NCBI GenBank assembly: GCA_030295235.1
Contig: AP026130.1
Span: forward strand, 620,001-684,000
Direction of reading: 5' to 3'
DNA: 64,000 nucleotides
Origin: Fistulifera solaris
Taxonomy: Eukaryota
Each line of letters begins with the position of its first letter. The first letter of the stretch is position 1. Both the position numbers and the translations under genes were made by a program. The notes beneath the pieces were generated by a model. It had not been told where the DNA came from and did no database searches. It saw nothing but the letters and a program-made list of their open reading frames with translations. This document shows positions 11,701 through 24,046 of this stretch, in pieces.

Positions 11701-12379
11701 CGCCGGCGGCCGCTCATGATTTTGGAGAATGTCATCGTCGTTCGTCGTTGCGCATCCGTAAAATTTCCTTCCTTTCCTTCAAAGGCGTTCCTGAATCACA
11801 AATGCGCCAGTCAAATGAAAGAGGCGGCTTGTTTAAGACAAACAAGAGCTTATTAATAACGGGGTGTTATGTTAGCTCCTATTTGCCCTGGTCATCATTA
11901 TTATTTTGTCTTTTTTCATTTTCATTTTTCGCGTCATCACCAACATCAAAAAGTACTATAAATACAAAGTGTAATTTAATAACGACTGAATATTTCAGTC
12001 ACGAGGCACTTATTTTATGCGTTTCTTTGAAATATAGCATTTTGTGACTGACACTCATCAATCACATAAAGATGATTCAGTTTGTAGTTTGATCGTTCAG
12101 ATACTTTGCGAATTTCCGTTTTACAGTCTGACAAATATATCGAATGCCTACTTCCACGCGCAAACTTCGAAACGCTCTCCAGAGCGATGCTTGGGTACAA
12201 GTACGCGACAGACCTGTCATGTAGCACGATCTTGCATCGATGGAGGCTTAGGCGCCGCGTGGTTTGAACTTTGCTGATAAATTCAGTCTACTTATTTTTA
12301 ACTGGTTGTTCACGTCGGAACCTTGCAAAACATCGTCTTTCAAATTTGACTATACTTCCAAAGTGTAGATTACTTTTAT

Positions 12380-12402
12380 CACGACTGCATTCCAGTCATG
12401 AA
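12380..12402. promoter_or_regulatory. 23-bp quasi-palindromic motif CACGACTG-N5-CAGTCATG-AA (copy 1)
   Basis: CACGACTGCATTCCAGTCATGAA, ~135 bp upstream of the kinase ATG. Near-identical copies at 44043 and 44264. Confidence 0.5.
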
Positions 12403-12537
12403 TCGTGAGGCGATCGCATCGGCGGATACCAGGTATCGTCGTCGCGCCATTTTTTCATCACACCAAAAAGATCACAACAGAACAGTTATACAATAGTTAA
12501 AGACTCGAAAACCATCCACATGCTTTATGACTGAAGT

Positions 12538-13743
12538 ATGGGAAAGAAATCGAAACCGCTCGATGGAGCCGTGCCGAACATGCCCATCGCGTCAGCGGTT
12601 GAGCGAAAGGACACCATCGCGATGCAATCCATTCTACTTCAAGCCTTACCCGTAGCACGATCGGTCGAAGATGTCGTCATTGAAACAACGTCCGGAAAGG
12701 CATTTACCGGAGGTCGATCCACGCCAGTGTATAAAGTCTCTGGAACCGTTCGCAAGGAAAACGGCACAGCAGTGCGTCGATCCTTTGTCGTAAAATGGGT
12801 GCGACTTCCCGACGACAAATCCGAAAAAACCATGACTCGACGAGAATCGTATGCCGTCGAACGACGATTTTATGAGAATGCCGCCATTCAGGAGCGTTTG
12901 CGGAATGCTGCGTTGACGATCCCCAAAGTACTGGCCAGTGATCGTGGATCCTCGTTTTGTATTTTAATGAATGATCTGACGGCAAACTATCCTCGGCATC
13001 CCGATCGCATGTCCCTGCCAGAAGCTGCTGGTGCATTGCGATGGATTGCCACCTTTCATGCCTGTTTCTGGGGTGATTCCTTTCCTCACGTATTGTGGGA
13101 TCGGGGTGCTTTCTGGACTCAAACCTGTTCCGTACAAGGCATCGCCGTGGCGTGGGTGGCGACACACCAATTCATCGAATCGAAATACTCACAATATGTG
13201 ACATCTCGTACGAGGACGGTCGGACATCGGTTGCAAACAGCGGGCCCGGCGATCGCTCATTTTCTCACCGAATATGCTCATAATCGAAACTACCGAACCG
13301 TGATACACGGGGATTACAAGGCCGCCAATCTCTTCTTTGACGCCGAGAATGCGGCCGCCATTGATTTTCAATACGCAGGCGGAGGGGTTGGAGCCGAAGA
13401 TGTGGCTTATTTGATATATCCCGATGCATTTGGTGACTGGTTTGGTCACGAAGAAATGCTCCTACAAATTTATCATGAAACACTGGTGACGCAACTGGTA
13501 CTCCAACGCAAGGGAGGTCCTTCTACATTACCATTTGAGACATTTCTCAAATTTTATGAACTCGCTCGTCTAGATATGACGCGACATTGGCTCTGTCAAG
13601 GGTGGATTGCCAGTACGGAAGGAGAGGCCAAGTTGGTCGGTGCGCTGGAGAGAGCACTGGACGAAATCGATGGTGGATCCGTGTTGTTCAATGGAGACGA
13701 TGATTACAAAGCAGCTCTGCATCGATTTGTTTTTGGTTCGTGA
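12538..13743 (+). CDS. APH/choline kinase/EcKinase-like phosphotransferase
   Basis: SYAVERRFY, ILMNDL, WIATFHA, Brenner motif IHGDYKAANLFF, IDFQY and EDVAYL. Intronless. Confidence 0.85.
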   Translation: MGKKSKPLDGAVPNMPIASAVERKDTIAMQSILLQALPVARSVEDVVIETTSGKAFTGGRSTPVYKVSGTVRKENGTAVRRSFVVKWVRLPDDKSEKTMTRRESYAVERRFYENAAIQERLRNAALTIPKVLASDRGSSFCILMNDLTANYPRHPDRMSLPEAAGALRWIATFHACFWGDSFPHVLWDRGAFWTQTCSVQGIAVAWVATHQFIESKYSQYVTSRTRTVGHRLQTAGPAIAHFLTEYAHNRNYRTVIHGDYKAANLFFDAENAAAIDFQYAGGGVGAEDVAYLIYPDAFGDWFGHEEMLLQIYHETLVTQLVLQRKGGPSTLPFETFLKFYELARLDMTRHWLCQGWIASTEGEAKLVGALERALDEIDGGSVLFNGDDDYKAALHRFVFGS

Positions 13744-14071
13744 AAAGTTAGGAAAACAATAGGAAACCGTAGAAATGGTGGGTGACTCTTGAGCATCTAC
13801 CAATTTTTGAGAAAAAGGTTGGATGCCTTAGCTGTCTTTTTTTAGTACCGGTGTGAATGTTCACTCAGTGAATAAATTTGAAAAGTACTGGTGGTACCGG
13901 TACCAGAACCGTACCTTATTCCGAATTCCGACGACGAAGAATGAATATGATGCAAAAAGAGATGAAATATAATGACGAAGGCGAGATGCAAACCTTTCAG
14001 ATTTCATTCATCAAACAATAACGATTCCATTTGCAATGAACCTGATAGCATTTCTGCTCTAGATTCCGTCA

Positions 14072-14771
14072 ATGCTGTCATATCCTTCACTAATATTTCT
14101 TTTTGCGGCTGTGATTCCTACAGATGCCTTCATTTTACTTAGACGAAAAGGCATTCACATAATTTGTCGGGCCACAGAAGATCCGAGCGGTTTATTCCGT
14201 TCCGGTCCCTACGTACCATCCGGTCTTACTGCCGAAGAATATCAGGAATTGAAAGAAAAGGAAGCAGAGAAAATGCGCAAAATGGACTTTTGGGGCATGG
14301 GGACCACGATTCAAGCGATCCGATCGTCCCGACGGTGATTGGTTGTTGCAACCTGCGCTGTGGAAGATGGGATTTGCGGTCAACGATGATCCATCTATCG
14401 CGACAGCGAATCCATTTACCGAGAAAATCAAAAACTTCAAAACGGCTTGGAGGAAAAATCGACTGCCGTTTACTTTATTGGTCGTTTGCCTTCATGCTCT
14501 GTGCTCGGTCGTCCGCGTGACACGATCGGCATCTATTACGTTGCGCGCATCGGCTTTGATTCATTTGACTTGGCGTCCCCTCCAATCTGCTTGTATACTT
14601 GGAGTATCGAGTATTCTTTCGCCTTTTCTTGGAAGATGGCTCGATTGGTACAGTCGCCGCCGTTTATGGACAACGCGACGCACGGCGGTCGTAACGGGGT
14701 CGCTAACGTTGTTGGCTGTGACGATCGGGTCGGCGGTTGTCGTATACATGCGCGTTTTATTTTTGAGGTGA
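14072..14771 (+). CDS. Uncharacterised, probably plastid-targeted membrane protein; frameshift at ~14288-14291
   Basis: Signal peptide ends TDA-F, followed by YVPSGLTAEEY. Removing one T gives MDFGAWGPRFKRSDRPDGDWLLQPALW, joining the 14343-14771 ORF, which has hydrophobic segments. Confidence 0.65.
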
Positions 14772-14820
14772 TACAATCTAAGGACTTATAACATTTTCAT
14801 TATAGCGATCATGTCAGTTT

Positions 14821-15968
14821 TTAGAACAGCGGTAAGAAGTTGACGGCAGCCGAACCAGCAACAACGCCAAACAGAGCTAAACCGAACGGATACAACTTCT
14901 GCTTGTTGTTTATGAAAGCACTGTCGGAAGACGAACCAATAGTATCTTTGGCAAACGCCAAAATGGCATCCGCCGTTTGATCGGGCTGTTCCAAGTGCGG
15001 TACGTGTCCACATTCTTCAATCCATTGCAGTCGAGCATCCTGTAGTGACTCCAAAAACTTGGGAGCAAACTCGGCACCATCCAGAATACCATCTTGTCTT
15101 CCCCACAGTACCAGTGTCGGCGCTTGAATCTTGGGAATTTTTGACGAAGGCGAAAATCCACCCGATTGCATGAACGAAACCAAAGCATCCGACCAGCCGT
15201 CTTGTAGCAGTGGACACGCCCGACAATGACAGCTTCGTCGGTCGCGTACGTGGCCTTATCGTAATAGGACATTTGATTCGCCGAGCTACGGAGTGGAATA
15301 CTTTTCAAAACTCCCACACCCAACTTGGCAATGGGTTTGGGCATGGCCGCCATGGGTCCGATACCGTCAACGAAACCTTGCGCATCAATAAGAACGAGTC
15401 CCCGACAAGACTCGCTGATGGAAGCCACTTCAATGGCCGCCGCACCACCCAAACTGGCTCCTGCCAGGATATAGTCTTTTCCTACTACCGTTTCCAGAAA
15501 CGACTGCAGTGCTTCGATTTTGGCTTGCGCCGAAAAGTTGGTGCCATCCAATTGCGTGAATCCCCATCCCAACAAATCCACCGCGTACGTATCGATGCCT
15601 CGTTCAGCCAATCGAGCACCCAAACGACGATACTCTAAACAAGATGAATCAAATCCATGTATCATGACGACGGGAGGCAAGACGGAACGTTGAGGACTCG
15701 GCCAGAACGCGTACGATATTCCCACTTGACCTTCAGGATGAATGTCGGTCGAAACGGGCACGGGTGTGCGTACCATACGACGCGCTGTATCCAAACACGC
15801 CGGTTCCTGAATTCCGGTCATCTCTGGATTGACTGGGACCGTAGTAGTGGGTGGAGCGATGGTGGTCGCCAAGAAAAGTGAGGACGATTTCGAAGAGTGT
15901 ATTGTCGGAATAAATGCGTCCGTGAACACAGCAGAAGCGCTGAGAAGAGCAATCATGGAGACCTTCAT
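14821..15968 (-). CDS. Alpha/beta hydrolase, plastid-targeted, with C-terminal TM; frameshift at ~15207
   Basis: HGFDSS oxyanion motif, DLLGWG, nucleophile GASLGG, LVLWGRQD and CGHVPHLE. Presequence ends TDA-F. One added base joins HCLQDGWSDAL. Confidence 0.88.
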
Positions 15969-16350
15969 GGTTGCTTCGTTGAAAATTCAATTTTAGGACG
16001 AAGGATAGTTTTTAGAGCCTTTCTTAGATGTTGCGTTCTATTTTAGCCATTTTCGTTTTCGTCATCGTCATCCTTTTTTTCTTTTTCTCGCTCGTGCCGA
16101 TGATGATATTCTCATTGTTTGTCGGACCGTAATTCAGAATGTACATAAGAGAGCTATACTATAAGAAACCCCATCCCAAACCACTCAAACCGAAACAGTC
16201 ACGAATGAAAGCGAGTGACGAATGACGTAGATCCATCGCTTCCAAAAAAAGCAACCGAATGCGCGAGCTTCTTTCTCCAAGTTCAACTTCCGCGTCCTAC
16301 CTTTGTCACTGCTGTTGTTATTATTTACATTCAGACAAGCAATTTCAGAA

Positions 16351-17069
16351 ATGAAATTTTACACTGCCACTCTTTTCGTTTCCGGCGTGACCGCCTTTGC
16401 CCCGGCGCCGTATTTCGGAAAACTCTGCACGGCCCTGTACGCCGAAATCCGACCTCCGACCGAAAAGGCCGAAACACTCCGTTTTGGTTGGGATGGAACG
16501 ACCGCGCTCGGGGGTGCCGTCGAAGTCGCCAAACCGGCGCGGATGCTGGATGAGAATTCGTGCGTCCGGAGAAATGATTCCGGACGAATGTGAAGTCTTC
16601 AATGCGAACGTCGAAATGAATGCGGACGATCTCAAATTCGAAGACGTGATTGCGATGATCGATACTTACTATGAAAGTCAAATTTTGGAGTTCAAGAATG
16701 GTGATATGGTCAATAAGCCGGGTGAAAATGAGGGATCCGCCAAAGTTCTTTCGTATGCGGCCTTGAGTGGCTTGGACAAGGAAACGACATTGAAATTGTG
16801 GGGTCAGTATTACCGAGAGGTGTTGGCCGACCCCAAAGGAGATTCGCACCAGAATATTCGTAATTTTATGAAGTATGGATGGGAGGGTGTCCCCTTTGAG
16901 AATGGGATCGCTTTGACTCGTAAGCAAGTCGGTGAAGGTGAATGGGACTGGGTGAGTGAATGTGTGATGTTCTCGCTATTGAGGTGATGTTTGTGTTTTG
17001 TTTCTTGTTGAGACTCGTTCTAACTACTTGTTTTTTGTGACACAGGATGCCGAATCGTGGATTCCTTAA
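16351..17069 (+). CDS. HopJ-like (type III effector HopJ family) domain protein, plastid-targeted; frameshift at ~16555, intron 16952-17045
   Basis: Presequence MKFYTATLFVSGVTA-FAP. The domain FEDVIAMID...FKNG...NKPGENEGSAKV...WGQYYREVLADPKGDSHQNIRNFMKYGWEGV is typical of the HopJ family. The last exon encodes DAESWIP*. Confidence 0.8.
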
Positions 17070-17237
17070 AGATATTTTTCAATAGGAAAATAGGTCGATC
17101 TTTTGATTCTGTTCATGTCGCGTCTACAGTCTACAGCGTCTTCGATGTGTGTTGTCGTTTTGCACTTTCGTACGCTAAGCACGACAACAATGAAAAATTG
17201 TTATACACCTGATTGCGTATTTTAAGTCAGTTGTTGT

Positions 17238-17899
17238 TTATTGAATTAATGTGATTGAGTCCGGACCAGGTTTTACCTTGCCAGCCTTGTACAAGTTTGC
17301 GACAGCTCGTTTAAATGAATTTTTACTCACTCCAGGAAATTCTCGGGCAACCACTTCCGGCGGTGATTTGTCTCCTACTTCCAAAACTCCTCCATTGGCG
17401 CGTTGCAGACGCTCTAAGATTTGCTGTGACACCTCATCCGCCTTGGCTTGTCCTCCATAGGCTCTCAACGAAATATCAATTCGTCCATTGTCACGAACGC
17501 GTTCGACATAAGCGGGTAAAATTTCTCCTCGTACGACGTCTACATTTTGTCTACCTTCTCGGAAGAATGCAATTTCTTTTGCAAAATCAGTCCTCTTCCC
17601 AGCGCTGGTTGATCGTCCGATATAAGATCGTCTTGACCATGTCCGCGGCCGATCACTTCGACACTCGCACCCAAAGGCCCAAAACTGATAACTTCGACTT
17701 GAATTTTTTCTCCTGATTGAAACGATGGAGTATTTTGTGTTGTGTCGTTACTGAAATATAATCGACTGATAGGAAGAATTGGCCGTCGTTGGATGGCAAT
17801 TGTCGCATACGGGAGCCTCGTCAGTGACTTTCGTGCAGTAAATGCTAGACACCGGGGACTAGCGAGAGCGATTGCTATGCAGGTTGTCATAGTCTTCAT
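17238..17899 (-). CDS. S1 RNA-binding + winged-helix protein (CvfB C-terminal-like), probably plastid-targeted; frameshift at ~17577-17580
   Basis: With one A restored: GEKIQVEVISFGPLGASV...GEILPAYVERVRDNGRIDISLR (S1-like), then GDKSPPEVV...GVSKNSFKRAVANLYKAG (CvfB winged helix). Presequence ends CLA-F. Confidence 0.75.
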
Positions 17900-18528
17900 C
17901 GCGTACGAATGATGTGCTTGAGCAATTCTAAGAACAGGAACGTTTCTTTCGCTGTCAATGCAATAAACAAATATCCAAAAAATGGAGGGCTTTGGGTTGC
18001 GGCGCGCACGGCGTTCACACTCCGGCGAAAAGTAGGATTTACGTACGACGGACAGTACACTGTTTACATCTTCGAATGAAATGACCAATGACCGTGACAT
18101 TCTAGTGTGTAACACATAGTAGGACATCAACCCTTCTTATTAAGTATAGAATATGCTTGAGTACCTCTCAGTCAGAATTCTACTGTACTTATGTGTGTAC
18201 AGTATCTATCAGTGTGTTCTGAAATTCTGTTGACGTCTGTCCGTACGCTCGTCCGTTTACCGGTTGGGCTGTTGCGCTGCGTGCTGCGCATCTGCCATTG
18301 ACCTTGATAGAGTGTCGTCTGGAATTAATTTTGACAATAAACATCGACTCATCTTCTTTTTCCTGTTCGTTTTCTACCTTGAAAGTCGGTTGATAATCAA
18401 AAATTAAAGACGGCAGCTGATTCGGTCGGAGTGGAGAATAAGTGTCGTATGCTGTGCGTTCCTTGGGGGTCTTTTTTCATCCTTTTCGGTTTTGAGCGCT
18501 CGAGCCGCCTCCTTTATTCAAACGAACC

Positions 18529-20421
18529 ATGAATAATAGGGATTACAAGTACACGTGGCATCTCTCACTCCGAACGGATCGACCGGTGGAGGGATGTGTC
18601 ATGAAACCGCACGCGTACATGTACGGAAAGAAGTTAGATGAGCGCGATATGGACAAGCCGCTGGCTCCGCATTCGAAAAAGATGCGAGAGCCACCACCGC
18701 AGCATGAGTTTTCGTACCGATGGTTCAGAGGACCCCTTCACGAAGCATGTGCGTATGAAGGTTGCCCGAGGAGAACGTCGTTCTTACCGCACGACTGGTC
18801 AAAACATGCTTTGGGCGGAACGGACTGCACCTTGCAATGCGTGTCAACGCAGAGCTCATTGTACAAGGCTATCTTTTGTAATTCAAACTGTTTTGTGAAT
18901 GCTTGGAAAACGCAGTATACGGTCCCGAAAGAAGCTGTGAGTAGTAGAAACAATACACCCATGAGATCGCGCTCTACTTCCGCCGGAAGTATGGACGAAG
19001 ACTACATGAACTTTGATGATGCGGAGAGCACGAGATCGAGTGGATCGAAAAGTCCTACGTACTACGCACAAAATGAAATCAACAATAATCACGGAACACC
19101 TAGAGGATTCTTAGGTGGATATACTGGATCGAACCACAATCCTTACAACAACAATCCCGCCGGTGACTTCTTGAGTGGGGATGATTGGATCGAAATTTCG
19201 CGAGACCAGCTGTACGTTCCAGGTCCGGATGATGTTGGAAGAAAGCTCAAACTTGAAGCAGCAGCGTATTCACTTGATACAGGAGAGCTTTTGATGTCGC
19301 GAGTGGTAAAAACCGACGTGGTTTTGGCGCGGGCGCCGGATCCGGCGAAACGAAATTTGGTGACGGCCAAGGCCATGAGCGGAGGAGGACCTCGATTCCG
19401 TGTAGTATCTTACAATGTATTGGCAGAAATCTACGCAACTCAACAGCAGTACCCATACTGCGACTTCTGGGCTCTTTCTTGGGACTATCGATTCCAGAAT
19501 ATTTTGCGAGAGATTCTGGACGCTGCACCAGAAGTTATATGTCTTCAAGAAATCCAGGCGGACCATTACGAGAATCATGTTTATGCCGCGATGAGTGATG
19601 CTGGGTTTGAGGGTGTGTTTAAACAAAAGACCAGACAGTCAATGGGCTTGGCTGGTAAGGTTGATGGATGCGCTTTGTTTTGGCGCAGAAGTAAGTTCCA
19701 TTTGGTGGAGTCCTACAGCATTGAATTCAATGAAGTTGCACAACGACAAGCTACACAAGTCTTGGGTCTCAACCCACGCAGCGAGGAAGGTGCTGCATTT
19801 ATAAACCGTTTATCGAAAGATAATATCGCTCAGCTAGTCGTGTTGGAATTCATTCAGAATACCTCACGACCCAGCAGAGAGATCAATCAGATCTGCATTG
19901 CTAACACGCACTTATACAGCAACAAAGATTTCCCAGATGTGAAGCTTTGGCAGATTTGGCAGCTGCTGCAGGAACTTGAGTCATTTATCATGAGTAGAGG
20001 GTCGAATCTCCCCCTCGTTATCTGTGGCGATTTCAACTCTACTCCCGATACAGCTGTCTATGATTTACTTTCCCGTCAGTCTGTGCATCCTGGTCACCCT
20101 GATTTGAATATGGCGAACAGCGAGGACATCCCTAATGTTCTCCCAGATGCTATGAATATAAATCATTCGTTTCAGCTTGGTAGCGCGTACCAGACCATTC
20201 TGGGTGATGAGCCATGGGTGACGAACTACACAGTCAACTTTAAAGGCACTCTTGATTACATCTGGTACTCCGCTCAAAACTTGCGGCCACTTTCGGCTGC
20301 TCCGGTTCCAGATGAAGAGAGGTTAACGTTGCATGGGGAGGCATTACCGTCGACTGAGTTCAGCTCAGACCATATTATGCTGATCTCGGACATGCAAATT
20401 ATAGGTGGCGGTACAAGGTAA
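18529..20421 (+). CDS. CCR4: CCR4-family (EEP) poly(A) deadenylase with Cys-rich N-terminal region
   Basis: FRVVSYNVLA, ICLQE, DGCALF, NTHL, ICGDFNS, TLDYIWY and SDH. The N-terminal region resembles plant-type CCR4 (no LRR seen). Confidence 0.9.
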   Translation: MNNRDYKYTWHLSLRTDRPVEGCVMKPHAYMYGKKLDERDMDKPLAPHSKKMREPPPQHEFSYRWFRGPLHEACAYEGCPRRTSFLPHDWSKHALGGTDCTLQCVSTQSSLYKAIFCNSNCFVNAWKTQYTVPKEAVSSRNNTPMRSRSTSAGSMDEDYMNFDDAESTRSSGSKSPTYYAQNEINNNHGTPRGFLGGYTGSNHNPYNNNPAGDFLSGDDWIEISRDQLYVPGPDDVGRKLKLEAAAYSLDTGELLMSRVVKTDVVLARAPDPAKRNLVTAKAMSGGGPRFRVVSYNVLAEIYATQQQYPYCDFWALSWDYRFQNILREILDAAPEVICLQEIQADHYENHVYAAMSDAGFEGVFKQKTRQSMGLAGKVDGCALFWRRSKFHLVESYSIEFNEVAQRQATQVLGLNPRSEEGAAFINRLSKDNIAQLVVLEFIQNTSRPSREINQICIANTHLYSNKDFPDVKLWQIWQLLQELESFIMSRGSNLPLVICGDFNSTPDTAVYDLLSRQSVHPGHPDLNMANSEDIPNVLPDAMNINHSFQLGSAYQTILGDEPWVTNYTVNFKGTLDYIWYSAQNLRPLSAAPVPDEERLTLHGEALPSTEFSSDHIMLISDMQIIGGGTR

Positions 20422-20448
20422 AAATAACAGAAAAGGAGTTTTCTAAAT

Positions 20449-21974
20449 TCAAGTCTGTCGTCCCAACAGGCTGCTGTAGTCGTATCCCCCTTCCGTCTCC
20501 AGTGTTTCGACAACTTTCAAAAAGTCTTTCAACAGGAGCATGTGCTCAGGGCCGATTCCAGTATATACTAGCTTTGTTCTCCCGCTTGGACTTCTTTCAG
20601 AGTTGGCAGTAATAACTGGATTTCCATTCAGGAGCACTCGAACAACGTATGCGCTGTCATATTCTGCAGGATCCATGTCTTCATGATCACTTATCCGAAC
20701 GAGCTCGAAAATAAGGTGGCTACCGTATTTTGGCCAAAATCTCCATTGCGACTTCTCGTCATCGGCAAGAAAATCAGCTCCAATGCCATACAATAGACCG
20801 AGAATGGTAATATCATGACAACTGTAGACAACAAAGGGTGCTTTTGCCTTCCCCGTAGGTCCGGAGTCGCCGCAATCTGATCGGCGATTTCTCTCAGTGG
20901 CGGTGCCGCAATAACGGCCAGCAGCTTTTTATTCTTGTACCATTGTCGAAACCTCCATGCTAAATGCGTGAGTGTCTGATGCGCCATGGCCGCCAGTGTC
21001 TGCTCGACTTGATCGTCGTGTTCAAACTCGGTAAACTTGGAGAGCCGAACGCCATGTGCTGCTCTACAAATGAAATGATCCGCTGCTTCTATCCAATTTA
21101 TACCACTGGGCGACAGCGTGCTAAAGTCTTTGACATTGCGGCGGGCCAGGCCGGGGATGTAATTGGCCAAACGCGCTGCCAATGGAGCTGCACTGGAATC
21201 TCGCTTAAAGAATTCTTCACATTTCATCACCTCCGCTACCAAATCCGCAATAATGTCTGGGTTCCGATCGAACGCATTCAACGGATCATTGCTGACATCG
21301 CGGACCTGTATTTTGACTAACGGCGTTTCGCTGTCCGATTTCCATGAGTGATTTGGCACCCGTCTCTCCTTCGTAACTTTGCTATCGAATTCTCGCAACT
21401 TTCCCCCAATCTTGAGCAGGCCTGTCCCTAATAACCCATCCAGAAAGCTCTGGACTGATAGTATGGTCCTCAAATAGTTGGTCGAATACGCGGAGACATC
21501 CCAAACGGACAAGAAGTCCGTTGCGACCCCTCTTCTCCATTCTTTCATATCCGGAAAGTGGTGACCATGCTTGTTGTATCGATCAAATATTTTTCGCCCA
21601 TTCTCATTCAATTGTTCTAAACCACTCTGCGTCAGAAACCCGAATGGATTCCGTGACGTGTCAATGAATTTTCCTTGATTGAAACCGGGATGAATATCGA
21701 TCGGAAAGCATTTCGAAAACGATTCGAACGCGGCCGCCGTATCCGGAGAACACGGCATGCGTGTCATCCAAAATGCAGCTTCATCGTTCACCTTGTGTTC
21801 CGGAGACAAGCAACGGCCCGGAACACGGTCACCATGACGCGTAAAAATCCACACTCCTTCTACCACACCGTCGGTGTGCAAGTAATCCTTGTCGGGATAC
21901 CCGTACGACGAAAGATACCGAACGCGCGGTGGACGCAGACGAATTCGAAAGTGAAATCGGCTTCGTGGTATCAT
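20449..21974 (-). CDS. Histidine (acid) phosphatase, branch 2; frameshift at ~20833-20835
   Basis: RHGDR and STNYLRTILS. One added T yields PFVVYSCHDITIL (HD motif), continuing into WPKYGSHLIFEL and VRVLLNG. The Arg-rich N-terminus suggests mitochondrial targeting. Confidence 0.85.
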
Positions 21975-22277
21975 TTGTGTGTAATCAAAGATAGAATATT
22001 GTTGATTACGTTTCCGAGTTGGCCTTGTTTCGATGCTGAATAGGAAAGAGTCGACAAAAGAACAAAGAACAAGAAGAATAATGCAACAAGAAAGAATCGT
22101 CTCGAGTGCTCTGTCAAAAGGTGCAATAAAACACGTTTTGTAGAATCAAAAATGAACGTCGCACTAGCACTTCTAGGATCTAGGGTTGCTAAGGTTAATT
22201 GCTCTTCAGAAATAATGTTCTTAGCTAGACCTATAACGCACAAAATCCTTCAAAAAAGCTATCAAATTTATTACCAT

Positions 22278-23558
22278 TCAAACAATTCTAGTCTCCACGG
22301 CGACCTGATTGGACGTTGACGAGGACGAACTGCCACCTTCTGAGTCTCGTCGATTCGGAGAAGCCTCCATTTCTGTCGCATCATGTTGCTGCTGTTCTTC
22401 GCGACGTTCCACAGCATAATACACGGACTTGGGTTTGAAATAAATGGCCGCCAACCAGCCAAACAGGTACGGAATTATCGAAAAGATCAAAATTGGGAAC
22501 CAGCGACGATTGGAGTGAATTTTTACCGTCACAGCTTGCGTGCTGGTCGGATTCCTATTCTTGTCGGCCTGTATCAGTAAGCAGCTTCCCTTGTCGGGTC
22601 GTCGAACAATACAAGGTTGACTTTCACTGAGCTTGTTGCATTGAGGATCGTATTTCTTCAAATCGTAGGTGGTCATCACGACGTCATATTGTGTCGACAA
22701 ATCGGAAGGATTGGTAGCAGATGGGTTGTCGTAAACAAGCGTATAAACGTCGCTTTGTTTAACTGTGTACGATACAGTGGCGTTTTCTCCTTCCGTGACA
22801 GAGGCCTCCTCCACACTGTCAATACCAAAAGGGTCATCTTCCGGTCCAGGACTTTGCAGTCGTCTCAGAGCATTTTTACCTTCTAAAATATACAGCGTGG
22901 TAGATCCCTGTTTCTGTGTGGAGTTCATGGAGATCGAAGACCCCGTGTTGAGGTAAAAGTAATCGTATTGATACTCTTCGGGACTCAAATGAAAAACGCG
23001 GGAGTCTCTCACCACCAGCGGAGGCCCAGTAAGAGGTGGACAGGATGCCAAGGAATACACCACCGCATTCAATGGAAGTCGAGACGTGCTGCGCATAGCT
23101 TTGACCGTAATTTGACGACTCAAAATGGGCGTTTCGATGCGCCTTGTTTCGCCAGCGTTCAACGTCCACGTCGTGTTGATTCCCGACAAAGCCAGCAATA
23201 TGATCATCACGATAATAGACATGCAGAGACCGATGCACCTAAAATTTGCGGTTCGTCTCTGCTTGCTTGCTGGAATATCATGATCCACATTCGATGAGAT
23301 ATTGAACGAAAAGATGCGATCGAATCCTTCATCGTCGTCATCGTCAAAATTGTGTTGACTCACGCGGCGCCCCCGCAACAAAAAATTGTCATCAGCAAAA
23401 TCCCGCGTGAAAGTTGGATTTGATGTTTCGCCGCTGTAACTAGAGTCCTCACTGCGGGCTCGTCGTTGACGTCCGGGTACAGGCGATGAATGCTCCGCGA
23501 TCTCATCACTGCTGTGGCTCTGATTGTAAGTTGGTCGGCGTTGATGTTTCCTCGACAT
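22278..23558 (-). CDS. Two-TM protein with APD1-4-like (DUF4792/DUF4793) lumenal domains, no RING
   Basis: TM1 followed by WTLNAGETRRI, CPPLTGP, YQYDYFYLNTGSSI and YTLVYDN, then TM2. No Cys/His RING pattern in the tail. Confidence 0.6.
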   Translation of the reverse strand: MSRKHQRRPTYNQSHSSDEIAEHSSPVPGRQRRARSEDSSYSGETSNPTFTRDFADDNFLLRGRRVSQHNFDDDDDEGFDRIFSFNISSNVDHDIPASKQRRTANFRCIGLCMSIIVMIILLALSGINTTWTLNAGETRRIETPILSRQITVKAMRSTSRLPLNAVVYSLASCPPLTGPPLVVRDSRVFHLSPEEYQYDYFYLNTGSSISMNSTQKQGSTTLYILEGKNALRRLQSPGPEDDPFGIDSVEEASVTEGENATVSYTVKQSDVYTLVYDNPSATNPSDLSTQYDVVMTTYDLKKYDPQCNKLSESQPCIVRRPDKGSCLLIQADKNRNPTSTQAVTVKIHSNRRWFPILIFSIIPYLFGWLAAIYFKPKSVYYAVERREEQQQHDATEMEASPNRRDSEGGSSSSSTSNQVAVETRIV

Positions 23559-24046
23559 GCTCTTCGTGATAAAGTCGTTTGCTTATTGTTTAACGTAATT
23601 TGATAATGGTATGGTGAGCATAGATAATGTTTGAAAGGATAATACGAATGACGTAGTATAAAACAAATGATGCATTTATTGTGCTTGATTGAAAGACGGC
23701 CGTTGCAAAACTCGAGCAAAATGCCGCCGCCTTTAAAAACGTGATGCTGTCGCACTGTTAAGTCTTTTACGGCTCACTTCATACCAACACGCTCTCGTTT
23801 CAATTTAGGATTTTGCCTAACTCATTCGTCACCCTAGTCTACAGATCTCAGATCTCATCGTAACATCAATCACTCTGGTTCATCCTTTTCACGTGATCAA
23901 TATCGTAGCGGTTCGTTGCCATTAAGGTGATGCGAAACAAGCGATCTCGAAGAAGATTAAAATTGAGCTTAAACCCGAGCTTCGAACACAATTGCTACAA
24001 ATCAAAATACTTTCTAAAGCCTTACTATGTTACTTGAAAGTGGCGT

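Noticed and set aside
13845..13915. GTACC/GGTACC-rich palindromic patch (also near 28713)
   Set aside because: Short, low-complexity and with no defined element boundaries.
20421..20449. Convergent stop codons only 27 bp apart (CCR4 and phosphatase)
   Set aside because: Tight tail-to-tail packing recurs in this window (e.g. 14771/14821, 38691/38747) and is normal for compact diatom genomes.
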